A stretch of 64,000 bases of DNA from positions 22,134,001 through 22,198,000 of the forward strand of contig NC_043012.1 in the NCBI RefSeq assembly GCF_006345805.1, read 5' to 3'. The notes beneath the pieces are model-generated. The model saw only the letters and a list, made by a program, of their open reading frames with translations, did no database searches and was not told the DNA's origin. Both the position numbers and the translations under genes were made by a program. This document shows positions 26,672 through 39,380 of the stretch, piece by piece. The DNA comes from Octopus sinensis. Lineage: Eukaryota. Numbering within the stretch: position 1 is the first letter of the stretch; every line of letters begins with the position of its first letter.

Positions 26672-26837
26672 AGATAAACAACGGGAAGTCGATAAAGATA
26701 CAGTAAATAATTCGGATAAACTCTTGCAAAGCGATTAAAAAATGATGAAATAGTTGGTAGCCGTGTAGTAAAATCTGCCTTAAACGAGGTGAAACCTTTT
26801 CGCCATCGACATCCAGGAACAGTTCTAAAGGCGCCAT
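26672..26837 (-). CDS. Unidentified protein, exon 1 (putative start)
   Basis: AATATGG start context after an in-frame TAA; GTAATT donor in phase 1 matches exon 2; MAPLELFLDV...FPLFI. Confidence 0.7.
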
Positions 26838-27414
26838 ATTGCTTTACCAGGCACCCGGCTTCTCGATTTCTTATCTGCAAGATATCCACACACCGTCAAA
26901 AATATTAGCCCTCTGAATAATCTTTGGTTACATTTAATAACGATTCCTATTTCCAGTGGGATTATAGCGAAATTTCGTGCTTTCTTCAGGGGAAAAATCT
27001 ACTTTCATGAGACAGGGGTGTAAAGGTCGTTTTCACTCTCTTTTCCTTTGGAATACCCGGGCACGCAAGTATGTGTGTGTGGGGGGGTGTAAGACTAAAT
27101 GGAAGTAAAATATTACATTTAATGCTGTCAAAAGTTCGAAATCCGATTAATTCAAAGTCAAATGCAATTGCATACTCGCACAACGTGTGTGTGTGTGTAT
27201 GTGTGTGCATGTGCGTGTGTGTCCGCGAGCGAGCGATTTTTCTTTCATTTCTTTCAGTTTCGGACTATGGCCAGACTGGAGCACCGCTTTAAAGGATTTA
27301 CACGATCAAACCGATCCCAGAAATGATTTTATATATATATATATTATGACAGCATTAAATGTAATATTTTACTTCCATTTAGTCTTACACACACACACAC
27401 ACACACACACATAC

Positions 27415-27500
<86 letters not shown>

Positions 27501-27619
27501 AATATCTGGTATTTGTTTTATCCGTCTCTTTTTCTGGACTGCTAAGCTACGAAGACGTAAACAAACCAACACAGGTTGTCCAGCAGTGAGGGGAACAAAC
27601 ACAAAGACAATGTGAGCCC

Positions 27620-28010
27620 TCTTCTCCGAATAATATTCCCTATAGTCTTTCTCTTTTCAAAACTCTGCAATGCCCCTCACGCCACTACTGGTCCATTACT
27701 GTGCTTTCCCTTCTTCCAAATCAATTAAGTGCGCCCTCTTTTCGTAATCTTACAATATTCGACCCCTTTTCTGAGCTCTACAATGTGCACTCCTTTCTCC
27801 CAGTTCTATATAGTACTTTCCAGTTTTTCCAACCCTATAATTTGTGCTCCAGGCCCACCCTTTCCTCATGTGCCTCATTTCTTTCTCAATGATACAATGT
27901 ACGCCCTATAATTTACACACTTTTCAGCCAGCCCTACAGTGTACACCCCTTTAACAATTCCTTTAACAAATTCTTCCAGACATCGCTCTCTTTTCACCTA
28001 CTGAAAAAAA
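27620..28010 (-). pseudogene. Highly decayed LINE (RTE-like) 3' fragment
   Basis: Weak resemblance to the RTE C-terminal RGRP region; many stops. Confidence 0.3.
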
Positions 28011-28177
28011 AATACCACTGGGAAGTTCAGTTCAAATTCCGATGAGGTTGACTTTTGCCTTTCATATTTTCGGGGTCGATAAATTAAGTACCAGTGAAGC
28101 ACTGGGGTCGATCTAGTCGACAAGTCCTCTCCCACCATATTTCAAGCCTTGTTCCTATAGTAGAAAGGATTATTATG

Positions 28178-28224
<47 letters not shown>

Positions 28225-28601
28225 CATTATTATTATTATTATTATTATTTTCTTTTGTTTTTTCCTTCTTTCTTCAAATTTTCTTCCGTTTCTCGCCGAG
28301 TGTTTTCCGTACACCTAGGGCAGAGAAGCTCATTGTATGCATTCCCAGATTACACACGCAAATTCACAGGTAAGATATGTATTTAAAAAATTAATAAATA
28401 AATAAATTCATGAATGAATGTTGTTTTCACAGCGATAATGCCCTTTGCAGTACATGAGCCGTTCCAGTTAACACGATTTTTTGCACTTTCACAGTACATG
28501 AGCCGTTCCATTTAACACTTATTATTAGTGTTATCACCAGGAAAAAAAGAAAAACTGAAACCACCCCTCCCAAAGTAAACCAAAAAAAAAAAAGGGAGTC
28601 A

Positions 28602-28880
28602 TTGAACTCATTTATGGCCGTTAAGGCCACGAACAATAGACTTGGAAATGTGTTGGCAGCGATGGCCAAAGTAGAAAAAATAGGGAAGAAAAACGATTAT
28701 GTTTTGTACAGAATAGGCCGGAAGGATTACGGACGGATAAAGTCCGAATTTTTCCATGACGTAGGCCCTCTCAGAATGGATATAACATCTCCATATATAT
28801 TCGAGGGCCTGCGTCAGACTCCCCCACGAGGCCCAGAAAAAGAGAAGGAAGAAGAGGAAAAAACCGAACCACTGATATAA
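28602..28880 (+). CDS. Short ORF upstream of ORF2, possible ORF1 remnant
   Basis: 92 aa ending 9 nt before the ORF2 ATG; no RRM or zinc knuckle recognised. Confidence 0.4.
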   Translation: MNSFMAVKATNNRLGNVLAAMAKVEKIGKKNDYVLYRIGRKDYGRIKSEFFHDVGPLRMDITSPYIFEGLRQTPPRGPEKEKEEEEKTEPLI

Positions 28881-28889
28881 AGGTAAGTA

Positions 28890-31800
28890 ATGGATTACAT
28901 TTATGTTGGTTGTTTAAATGTGCGCGGCCTGGGAGCAGGCTGGAAGCAAGGTCGCTTCCTGCATGATATCAGGTCGCGTAGTTTAGATGTCATTGTTGCT
29001 ACAGAAACCCGGTTAGAGGGGCCAAGAGGTCTACTCCCGCTGTTTGACGGCTACGAGAGTTTTTTCTCTCCTGGCAGTCCTACAGGCGGGAGTGGGGTGT
29101 TGGTCCTATTAAAAAGAAACCGGGTTTCTGGGAAAAAGTTAATTTTTGCAGATCCAGAAGGTAGGCTGGTCGTCATGGATTTGACGTTCAGTAACGGTAA
29201 AGTTATCAGACTGGTTGCAATTTACGCACCCAACAGTACAGGGCAAAGTGATTATTTTCGTGAACTAGAAAACTTTCTTGGTACTTCGCATTCATTAGTG
29301 GTGCTAGGAGACTTTAACACAATTTGCAAAGCGGGTGTAGATTGTGTTGGCTCGCGTCCAGTGGCTTCATGGAACTGCTAAGCCGCTTTGAGCTAGCAGA
29401 TCCTTACAGGCTGGAATTTCCGAACGCTCCATTGTGGACATGGTCAAACAGCGACGGATCTTCCAGGTCATATTTAGATAGAATACTAATTAGAAAAGTA
29501 GACAGTAAAATAGCTAAGTGTCCACAGTTTTACCCGATCAGCTACAGTGATCATAAAATGGTCACTTGTAAGCTTGACATAGATAAGGTTAAAAATAGAG
29601 GATCCGGTTACTGGAAACTTAATACGTCCCTTTTGGCGATTAAGGAGTACAAAGACCGGATTAGGAATATAATTCAGAGGGCACTATCTGGTAACATCAT
29701 TAATAACAAATGGTGGTACGCCCTCAAACGAGCCATCAAGTTTGAGTCTATTAGATATAGCATAGGAGTAGTGGCTAGAGAGGCTAGAAGGGAAACTACT
29801 CTAGTTAAGGAATTAGAGGAAGCCATGAAAACTGGCTCTGCGGCTCAGGTGGCGGCCAAGAGACTGGTGTTAAACCAGCACCTCGAGGCCAAACACATGG
29901 GCTGCATTGTCAGGGCTAGAATCCGTCATATGGGATGTGAAGGAATCAACGCCGTGAGATGGGCCCGAGTGGTGGAAGCCCGGAATGGCAACGACGCCAC
30001 GATTCGATCTTTGAAGAACCAACAAGGTGAGTTGATAAACGAACCCGAGGAGATGTGTGAGGCCTTTCAGGAGCACTTCGCTCAGCTTTTCGGTGAGTGC
30101 GGCGGGCTGGATAGGAGGAGGGCCTTTACGGACCTACTCGACGGTCTGCCGCGCTTATCGGGGCGAGATGCGGAGGGCTGTGAAGGGCCAATCACGCCTG
30201 GGGAGGTGGTTGAGGCAATGGCGGACTGCGGCGCGGGCAAGGCGCCGGGTTTGGATGGTCTACCCTATGAGTTATATAAGAGTATGCCAGACTTGTTCGG
30301 GCACCTACTGGCGGAGGTCTACGCGAACTGGCAGCAGAACGGGCTTATACCCAGATCTGTGCGCCGGGGAGTAGTGACTCTCGTCAGAAAGGACCCGAGC
30401 AAGGGGGAGTGCATTGATAATTTCAGGCCCATCACTCTGCTAAACACAGAGTTGAAGATTTTGGCCAAAGTGTTATCGAAAAGATTGGCGCGTGTCGCGG
30501 ATGGTCTGATCGGAGGGGCACAGACATGTGCCGTTCCGGGCAGATCCATTCAGGATAATCTCCATCTAATGCGGTACACTATAGAGGGGTTTAATAGTGA
30601 TTCTGGCAAGGGTGGGGCTCTGGTCCATTTAGACCAATCTAAAGCTTTTGATAGGGTCGACCATCGTTACCTGGTATCTGCCCTGGCACAGTTCGGGCTG
30701 AGCCTTGGTTTCCTCAGGTGGATTATCCAAATTTACGATAACATCGACTCGGTAGTTCGGGTGAACGGCTTCTTGTCGAAGCCGTTCAAAATCAAACGCT
30801 CGGTTCGTCAAGGGTGTCCGCTCTCCCCGCTTTTGTACGTAATGGCTCTTGAGCCATTACTGCGAAAACTGAGCGGCATCCCGAGACAGCCAGGTAACGG
30901 AAAATCAGTGTCAGCGTACGCGGATGACATCACCATCATCGTAACCGAAATGGATCACCTATGTAAAGTAGGCAAGGCCATAGAGGTTTACGAGACGGTG
31001 ACAGGAGCAAAAGTTAATCGCGAAAAGTCAGTCGGCTTGCAACTCGGCACCTGGAGAGGCAAGTCGATGCCTCCTGACATCGTCGTGGGACGTTGGACGG
31101 CGGGTCCGATTAAACTGCTAGGGGTCTGGTTCGGTCCAGACCTCCAAATAGAGAAGAATTGGGGCGAGGTAACGAGCAAGGTGGCTGCAGTAGCCAAGAC
31201 CTGGTCTTGGCGGTGGCTATCCCTGAAAGGGAGGGCGGAGGTGGCCAATGTGTTCATCGCATCGGTTATCACCTACCGCCTTTCCGTCGTTCCTTGCCCT
31301 GATTCGTGGTTGATCAAGTTGGAAAGACAGCTCTTCTACTTCTTGTGGAAGGGCGGGAAACCACTTGTGAAACGCTCTACTTGCTGTCAACAACCGTTAA
31401 AGGGTGGGCTAGGGATGCCTTGGCTGATGATGCGCAGACATGCGCTGAGGTTAAGACATCTGTGGCTCTACCTGGATGGTGAACGGGTGTGGTCTTCGCT
31501 AGCAAAACTGATGTTTCCCAAGTTCACTAGTTTCGGTGGATGGGAAACCTGGCTGAATCGTAGATCGAAACTTGGTACTTGGTACACGGAGTGTCGCAAG
31601 GCTCTCCTGCTGTTCCGTCGCTCGGGCAACGCCTGCGGTGGGGGTTCCACCACACTCTTCTATAGAGGGTTGGTAGAGGCGGAATGTGAAGATACCTTGG
31701 GGGAAACCCTAGGTCTCGACGATAATCAGCTGACCAGTCTGTTCCGACGTACGTTCAAGCCGAGGACACTGGACAACTTCCAGAAGTCTTTGGCATGGCA

Positions 31801-32269
31801 ATGCTACAGAGGAGCTCTACCTGTTCGGGATAAACTCGCAAGGCACGGTGGCCAAGACAGTCCGATATGTCCAAGATGCGGGCGGGATAGGGAAACCGTC
31901 CCGCACGCTATTGTTCATTGTCCGGACGTGTCTGAGGTGTGGGTTTGTGCCGAACAGCTGTTGTCAGGTACACGAGGAGTGCAGCTGTCGACTGGGTCGA
32001 TTACAAAAATTGACCCACCGGATTTCCTCGTGAATGAAGGTAAGTTTCGTTTTCTCGTTGTAGTAGCAATTGCGAAAGAAGTGATATGGAAGACGAGAAT
32101 GAAAGGTTTACAGTCAGGCAAGTTCATCTCCGGCCCTGGTTTGATGAATTACTTCATCTTTCACCTGAAAAGGAAGATAGGGCTGGAGAGAATACGCCTG
32201 ACTAGGAGAGTGTATGAAGAACGATGGAAGGATGTAGCACAAAAGTTGCGAATGAAAGTCACAACATAA
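28890..32269 (+). pseudogene. LINE ORF2 (APE-RT-zf), one 1-nt frameshift near 29357
   Basis: CLNVRGL, LGDFN, YLDRIL, SDH; KAPGLDG, FRPITLLN, DQSKAFDRV, RQGCPLSPLLY, YADDI; CPRC...H...C; GGLGMP and LWKG typical of L1/Tx1; ~1126 aa if repaired. Confidence 0.92.
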
Positions 32270-32573
32270 ATGTAATACCAAGTGCAACCAAAAGTATCAG
32301 TGGGGAGGCGGGGCTCGTGGGGTCCGAGCTGAACCCGCACCCACTCCATCTGTAATGTCTTCCGGTCTATTCCATCATCCGATTTTGTGTGTATTTTTGT
32401 AATTTCATGATATTTTTAAAACCGTTTTTGTGTAAAAACCATTCGTATGTCTGACCCCAAATCAGATTGTTTTGTCCCCTCTATGTTCGCCCCTTGTGGG
32501 TAATAATAAAATCACTTATTATTAGTGTTAAATTAGTGGTTATTATTATTATTATTATTATTATGCATATCAT

Positions 32574-32800
32574 AAGGCAACAAGCAGACGGAATCGTTAG
32601 CAGACCGGAGACAATTCTTAGCGATATTTCGTCTGCCTCTACATTCTCAGTCCAAATTCCACCGAGGTCAGTTTATCCTTTTATATCCTTTCGGGGCAGG
32701 CGGGAGTCGATAAAATAAGTACCAGTTGAGCAGTGGGGGTCGATATGATCGACTAGCCCCTTCCCCAAAAATTTTAGGCCTTGTGCCTATAATAGAAAGG
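32574..32800 (+). mobile_element. SINE family A, tail 2
   Basis: TSD ATTATTATGCATATCA on both sides. Confidence 0.85.
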
Positions 32801-33054
32801 ATTATTATGCATATCAATACTCAGCAAGCTGGTAGAAATTGTTACCTCCTGGATAAAACGCTAAGCAACATTTCTTTGGGCTTTACGTTCTGAGTCCAGA
32901 ACCCTTTACTCAAGAACAAAACGCGTCGCCGGGTCTAGGAATCAAAACCACAATCTTACGATCATGATTGCAATATCCTGACCACTAAGCCATGCTTCGA
33001 GTTATATTGATTCCATAAACAAAAAGGCTAAGTTAGATTTATGTTCTTCCAAAG

Positions 33055-33380
33055 GCAGTAAGCTGGCAGAAACGTTAGTAACGCTGGGCGAAATGCTTAG
33101 CAGTATTTCGTTTGTCGTTACGTTGTGAGTTCAAATTCCGCCGAGGTTGACTTTGCCTTTCATCCTTTCGGGGTCGATAAATTAAGTACCAGTTACACAC
33201 CGGGGTCGATGTAATCGACTTAATACCTATGTCTGTCCTTGTTTGTCCCCTCTATGTTTAGCCCCTTGTGGGTAATAAAGAAATAGGTATTTCGTCTGCC
33301 GCTACGTTCTGAGTTCAAATTCCGCCGAGGTCGACTTTGCCTTTCATCCTTTCGGGGTCGATAAATTAAGTACCAGTTAC
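33055..33380 (+). mobile_element. SINE family A (tail 1) plus a partial tandem copy
   Basis: Consensus match. Confidence 0.85.
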
Positions 33381-34566
33381 GAGGTTTATTAGCTTAACCT
33401 GGAAAAATAGCTAAAAATCCTAGGAATGACTATTCAATCCTCACAAATAAGAGAGTGGAGCATACAAAAGATTACTTTTCTATATTATTAACGAGAAAAA
33501 CGCCACCCCACCCCCCGTCCAATCGACGGTGCTGAGTTGTCAAACATTTAAACCAAATTTTCTCAAAACAACTTGTCCGACCGTCCCACAGGTCTCCCCT
33601 TTGAGAAACACTGATTTAACCTAAATTTGAGACACCAGCAAAAGGAAAAATAACGATAGACTTTTTTCTATTCCAAAGAAAAACGATTTTATTCACACAA
33701 ATATGCAACCGAAGAGTTTAAAGTACCAGTAATGATAAGTCTGTTGACTGGGGTCGATATAATCGACTTAATCCCTTTGTCTGTCCTTGTTTGTCCCCTC
33801 TGTGTTTAGCCCCTTGTCGGCAATAAAGAAATAAGAAACGTAAGCACGTCGGGCGAAATGTTAGCAGTATTTCATCAGTATTTAGGTACTGAGTTCAAAT
33901 TCCGCCGAGATCGACTTTGCTTTTTATCCTTTCGGGGTCGATAAATTAATTACCAGTGGTGTACTGGGGTCCATCTAATCGACTGGATCCCTTCCCAAAA
34001 ATTTCAGGCCTTGTTCCTAGAGAAAAAAAGATTTATGTTCTTCCAATTATTTCTAGCCCCAATTCTAAGCCTGTTTCATCCACTTCTGTCATCTTCATTC
34101 ATATACACAGTTCAGAGTAAACTGCCTTTGAGTGAACTTTTCAAGTAATTTACATTTAGGTTAACTTTTAAAATGAGGTCGCATTTTCCCATGCCCTTGT
34201 CTTTAGTTATCTAATAAGTAATACTGAAATATTCTTTTCTTTTCTACTATAGGCACAAGGGCCGAAATTTTTGAGGAGGGGGTCAGTCGATTAGATTGAC
34301 CCCAGTACGCAACTGGTACTTAATTTAACGACCACGAAAGGATGAAAGGCAAAATTGACCTCGGTGGAATTTGAATTCAGCATTTCGCTCGGCGTGCTAA
34401 CATTTCTGCCAGTGGATTGAATTGAAAAGACAGTTAAGATTTCCCAATACGTTTTACACCTTAAATATTTTAAGTGAAATCGATGCATAAACGGATATCC
34501 TTCTTTTTTCTTTTTGTTTGTTCATACGTAGACTGTTATGAAATGGATTACGCCGATATATCTCTT

Positions 34567-34933
34567 TCTATATAAACGGCAGTTTGTCTGTCTGTGTATC
34601 TGTGTGTCTGTCAGGTTGTACCCTCACCCTGACCACGGCTTTCAACCGATTCTGATGAAACTTGACACACACATAGCCCAATGTCATAATTCAAAACTAA
34701 CGCAGCGAAAATTTTGAAAAGTTCCCCCAGTTCTGAAAAAAATCGATAAATTCAACATGGGGTCGACAATCAGAAACACAAACCACAGACTGTCTAGGGG
34801 ACGCAACTCGACCTTTTTAACTGTCAAAAAAAATTTACCATAATTTTTTTGCTATTTTTTGGCTATAACTCTCTAAAAATGCTTTATAGTTATTTCCCTT
34901 ACAAACCCGAGCAACGCCGGGCGATACTGCTAG
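34567..34933 (+). mobile_element. Non-autonomous Helitron-like element
   Basis: 5' TC, subterminal hairpin CCCGAGCAACGCCGGG, 3' CTAG followed by T. Confidence 0.7.
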
Positions 34934-35089
34934 TATTATATAAAAGGTGTTCGGTCTAAATTCGAAGATGTCTTCTCTTTTTCTCTAGGAGCAGCTTGAT
35001 GTATTAGTGAACAGTCAACGGCGTTGAATAGCATAAAATTAAAGTTGTAATATAGAAAAAAGTTAGCTGACGCGGAGGACTGATGGCCA

Positions 35090-35400
35090 TCTAAATATTG
35101 GAAAAGAGGATTTGCTTCGGGTATCAAACTGCCGACATCAGGACTGCTGTTCAATGCTCTATGGACTTTGTAAAGTTTGTAAGACATGACGTGGACAGCT
35201 GCAACGGAGACTACCAAGCTGTAGCCAGCAGGGACATAGCGGGAGTTCTGGCCGCACCCGGACGTCAGGATTCATCAGAGAACTGATGAACAGAGCCTTG
35301 GGTTCAATTCAGACAGCTACGTGAAGCTACTGGAAAACTGTGGTCAAGCTCTGACTGGAGAGGGTTGCTATTGGAGACCGAATATTGAATTTGACTCCTC
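35090..35400 (+). pseudogene. Decayed Tc1/mariner-superfamily transposase fragment
   Basis: FVKFVRHDVDSCNGDYQAVA and NSDSYVKLLE-TVVK.LERVA segments; frameshifted. Confidence 0.55.
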
Positions 35401-36230
35401 ACAGAAAGACATGAATTCTAAAAGCTATTAATGTAACGACGATAAGGAGACAGAAGAAAGCGGAGAGCTGGCAGAATCGTTAGCACGCCGGGCAAAATGC
35501 TTAGCTGCATTTCGTGTCTTTATGTCCTGAGTTCAAATCCCACCGCAGTTGAATTTGCCTTTCATCCTTTAGGGGACAATAAAATACGTATCAATTGAGC
35601 ACTGAGATCGATATCATCGACTTACCCACTCCCTTAAAATTGCTGGCCTTGCGCCAAAATTTGAAATCATCTATTATATAAAATCCGTTCTGTCTGTCTG
35701 TGTATGTGTGTCTTCTAGGATCTCGGGCATCCTCCATCCGATTGCGCTCAAATTTGATATGTAGATACTGACGGTATCAGGGCATGTATAAGTCTTGAAA
35801 AAATAACAAAAATCGATTCCAGGTGAGAATGCGATCGATAAAGCCGTTCTCCCAGTCAACAGCCTTATCATTACTGGTACTTTAAACTCTTCGGTTGTAT
35901 ATTTGTGTGAATAAAATCGTTTTTCTTTGGAATAGAAAAAAGTCTATCTTTATTTCTCCTTTTGCTGGTGTCTCAAATTTAGGTTAAATCAGTGTTTCTC
36001 AAAGGAGAGAGCTATGGGACGGTCGGACAAGTTGTTTTGAGAAAATTTGGTTTAAATGTTTGACAACTCAGCACCGTCCATTGGACGGGGGGGGGGCGTT
36101 TTGCTCGTTAACAATATAGAAAAGTAATATTTTGTATGTTCCACTCTCTTATTTGTGAGGATTGAATAGTCATTCCTAGGATTTTTACCTATTTTTCCAG
36201 GTTGCGCTAATACAAAAGACTAACCAAATT

Positions 36231-36320
<90 letters not shown>

Positions 36321-36917
36321 TCTCTCTCCCTCCCTCATCAGTAACTTTACAGTTCGAACTCTATGAAGAATCAATATGACATTTCCACCTCCTGGTTCTC
36401 GTTTTTCTACGAAAAGTATGAAAATTTTAAACTTATTTTTTTATTACTACATCATAAATGCTTTGGTGCCATTGTGACTATCAGTTCATCTTTTATTTTA
36501 TTATATTTTCATTAGCTCGAACCGTACATTGCCTGTAGCCAATTATTACTTGTACCAATTCCGTATCCCTTTGTTCAACTTTGGAATTAGATACTTGGCC
36601 GAACCTGAGCTCTTAAGGCCTGTATGTTATATACCACTTTTTGACATCTTCTTACATTATATATATATATATATATATATATATACGTGTGTTTTGGATT
36701 TTTATTCGTATTTTTAGAATACCGTGAGATAATTGGTAACTGTCAGCTTATCGAAATTTCCTTTGTAATCAATATAGGACGAAGTGTGTAACTTACGATG
36801 TTAATGAACTCGTTTTATCCTATATTGTCCGTCTTTTGTTATCTATTCTAGCTGTATGCATGCTCCAAGCTTACTAACTTGGATCCTTATCTATTACTAT
36901 TACTGTATAATATATAT

Positions 36918-37120
36918 GTGGAGGCGCAATGGCCCAGTGGTTAGGGCAGCGGACTCGCGGTCATAGGATACCTGTACTTCAAAGGGCCGGCCTTGTCCCT
37001 CTCTGTGTCACGCTGAATATCCCCGAGAACTACGTTAAGGGTACACGTTAATTTCACGAGCAGGCTGTTCCGTTGATTCGGATCAACCGGAACCGTCATC
37101 GTCGTAACCGACGGAGTGCT
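36918..37120 (+). mobile_element. SINE family C (tRNA-Arg-like head), internally deleted
   Basis: GTGGAGGCGCAATGGCCCAGTGGTTAGG head; related copies at 47650-47950 and 49495-49725. Confidence 0.65.
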
Positions 37121-37125
37121 TCCAC

Positions 37126-37196
<71 letters not shown>

Positions 37197-37470
37197 GCAT
37201 ACATACATACATATATATATACACAATTATTGTTGTTGTTGTTGTTGTTGTTATTACTCTGTGTGTGTGTGCTCGTTTACTAGTTTCAACCAGTGGACTT
37301 TGCCCATGTTGGTCAGTCAAACAAATCTACTCCAGTACTTGTTTTAAATCTAGCACATTTTGTTTAATTCTTATGTCGAACCCCTAAGTCATGAGGGTAT
37401 AAACAAACCAGCATCGGTTGTCAAGTGTTGGGAGGACACACACAAAAACACACACACTGATACACATATA

Positions 37471-38329
37471 CGAGGTCTGATCAATAAGTATCCGGGTTGT
37501 TGCCATAGTAACGAAGCTAAAGCACGCAGAGTAAAGCTGCTTGGCAAAAGTTGACTTTAGAGTCTATTGTGCATGCGCACTAAGTTTTAACGTTCTAGTT
37601 CACTTCCGCTGTGGTCGTCGCATTGACCATGGCAGAGGAAGTTGCTATGGTGATACCTGCTCAGAAGCGTACGCAAAGTTGCTGAAAGTGTATGGAGAGG
37701 AGTGTATGACCCGCACACAAGTGTACGAGTGGTTCAGACGTTTCCAAGATGGCTGAAAAAAGGTCGATATTGACGAACGTTTCAGGAGACCCGAAACCAG
37801 CAGAACTGAGAAAAACGTCGCAGATGTGTGTGCAGCTGTGATAGGAAATCGTCGGATCACCATCTGTGAGTTATCAGAGGATGTGCAAGTTGGTTACGGT
37901 TCAATTCAGTCCATTATCACTGAAGATTTGGGTATGAGACCCATGTCTGCCAAGTTTGTGCCAAAACTGCTTTCAGCTGACCAAAAAGACACTCGGGTTT
38001 CAGTTGCTCAAGATCTCCTTGATTGTGTCGAGAACGATGAAAGCTTTTTGAAAACTTTAAGTGGGCCTCTGAGCAGGAATCGCCAAGCTTTTAGCAAAAT
38101 TTGATGCATATTCTCTGCTCAACTTTCTCTGTCATGGTCAATGCGACGATCATACGCTACACACGTTCTTTCCAAGCACTGCTGTAGACAGGGGAAGTGA
38201 GCTAGAACGTCAAATCTCAGTGCGCAAGTACAGCAGAGTTTAAGGTCAATCTGTGCCAAGCGGCTTCACTTTGCGTGTTTCATTTTCGTTACTATGGCAA
38301 CAGTCCGGATACTTATTGATCAGACCACG
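37471..38329 (+). mobile_element. Internally deleted mariner with long TIRs
   Basis: TA TSD; TIR CGAGGTCTGATCAATAAGTATCCGG; HTH remnants YEWFRRFQDG and FVPKLL; no DDD domain. Confidence 0.9.
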
Positions 38330-39039
38330 TATAATCATATATATTAAGCATTAATTGAACATGATTGACAGTAGCATTTTTCCTCTGTCCCCATACTCAT
38401 GAATAAACATGTTCAACCTCATAAACATAGGGTGAAAGAGAGACTAAAGAGATGGAGAAAGAACGAGAGAAACGTGAAAACATCTCATGTCAAGTAAGTC
38501 AGCGTTGAATCCTCGACGCCATATCTGGGGCATCACTCTGTCTCGCATCCCTCACATCTCAAAGTTATCACCCAACACTGCATTCTGTCATTTTCAAATT
38601 TTCCAGCGTTCTCAATGCTTATCTCCCTTTACTGACTATTACCCGCTTCCATAACTTTTCCAGTTTTCAAATGGTTTAGGTTTCTCGTTGATCATCTCCC
38701 CTCCTTGACTGCTGCCCAGCGCACGTTTCGCCCAGTAGATTCCCCTCTCTTATTTCTCCATTCTTTTTCTCTCCTTCTCCTTCTCCATCTCTCTATATCT
38801 ATCTATCTCTTTCTAATATTGATGATGTAATCTAAGCCGAAACGTTTATATTTTCCTCGTTCTCGTGGCAAACCAGTTTTCAATACGTATTTACACTCAA
38901 ATTATTTTTCTCGTTTTTACGTTGCTAGTATAATAACTTCCAAAAGTCAAGATTCTCAGCTATTAAAAAGAGAACTCTGCATTAAAGCCATTTATTTCTA
39001 AGTTTATCTCTACAGATTTTTTATAGATTTCAGTGCTGG

Positions 39040-39380
39040 CTCATTGCAGTTCAGATCTCACTGCATATGAATTTGACCTGTGGGGTTACACAATAGATGA
39101 AGTGTACAAGACAAAACCACGCACACTGGAGGACTTGGAGACACGGATTCAGGAGGTTCTCAATGATATCCCAGACGACGCCCTTCAGAAGGTTGCTCAT
39201 TCTACCCCTGGCCGTTTGAGGAAACTAGTTGACGCCACCGTTGCTTACGGTAAGATATGAAAATTTACTTTCCTTTTCCCATGTAATAAAGAACGTGTAT
39301 TATTTGTTTCAATAAATTTGTAAAAAGAATATAGCTTTTATTACCAATTTTTAATGCCTACTTACTTTTCGCCCACCCCG
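39040..39380 (+). mobile_element. Tc1/mariner-superfamily 3' fragment
   Basis: SDLTAYEFDLWG motif remnant; right TIR shared with 45165-45989. Confidence 0.8.

Larger units (their letters stand above)
28590..32515 (+). mobile_element. L1/Tx1-clade non-LTR retrotransposon, ORF2 nearly complete
   Basis: APE endonuclease + RT + C-terminal Zn finger, ~245-bp 3' UTR, (ATT)n tracts on both sides; 5' boundary uncertain. Confidence 0.9.
33387..36212. repeat. Inverted duplication, ~365-bp arms (33387-33752; 35851-36212)
   Basis: Arms align as reverse complements with scattered mismatches. Confidence 0.9.

Noticed and set aside
34650-34662. CTGATGAAAC as a hammerhead core
   Set aside because: No helix II or helix I; internal sequence of a Helitron-like element
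34936-35217. 93-aa minus-strand ORF
   Set aside because: Antisense shadow of a decayed Tc1/mariner transposase
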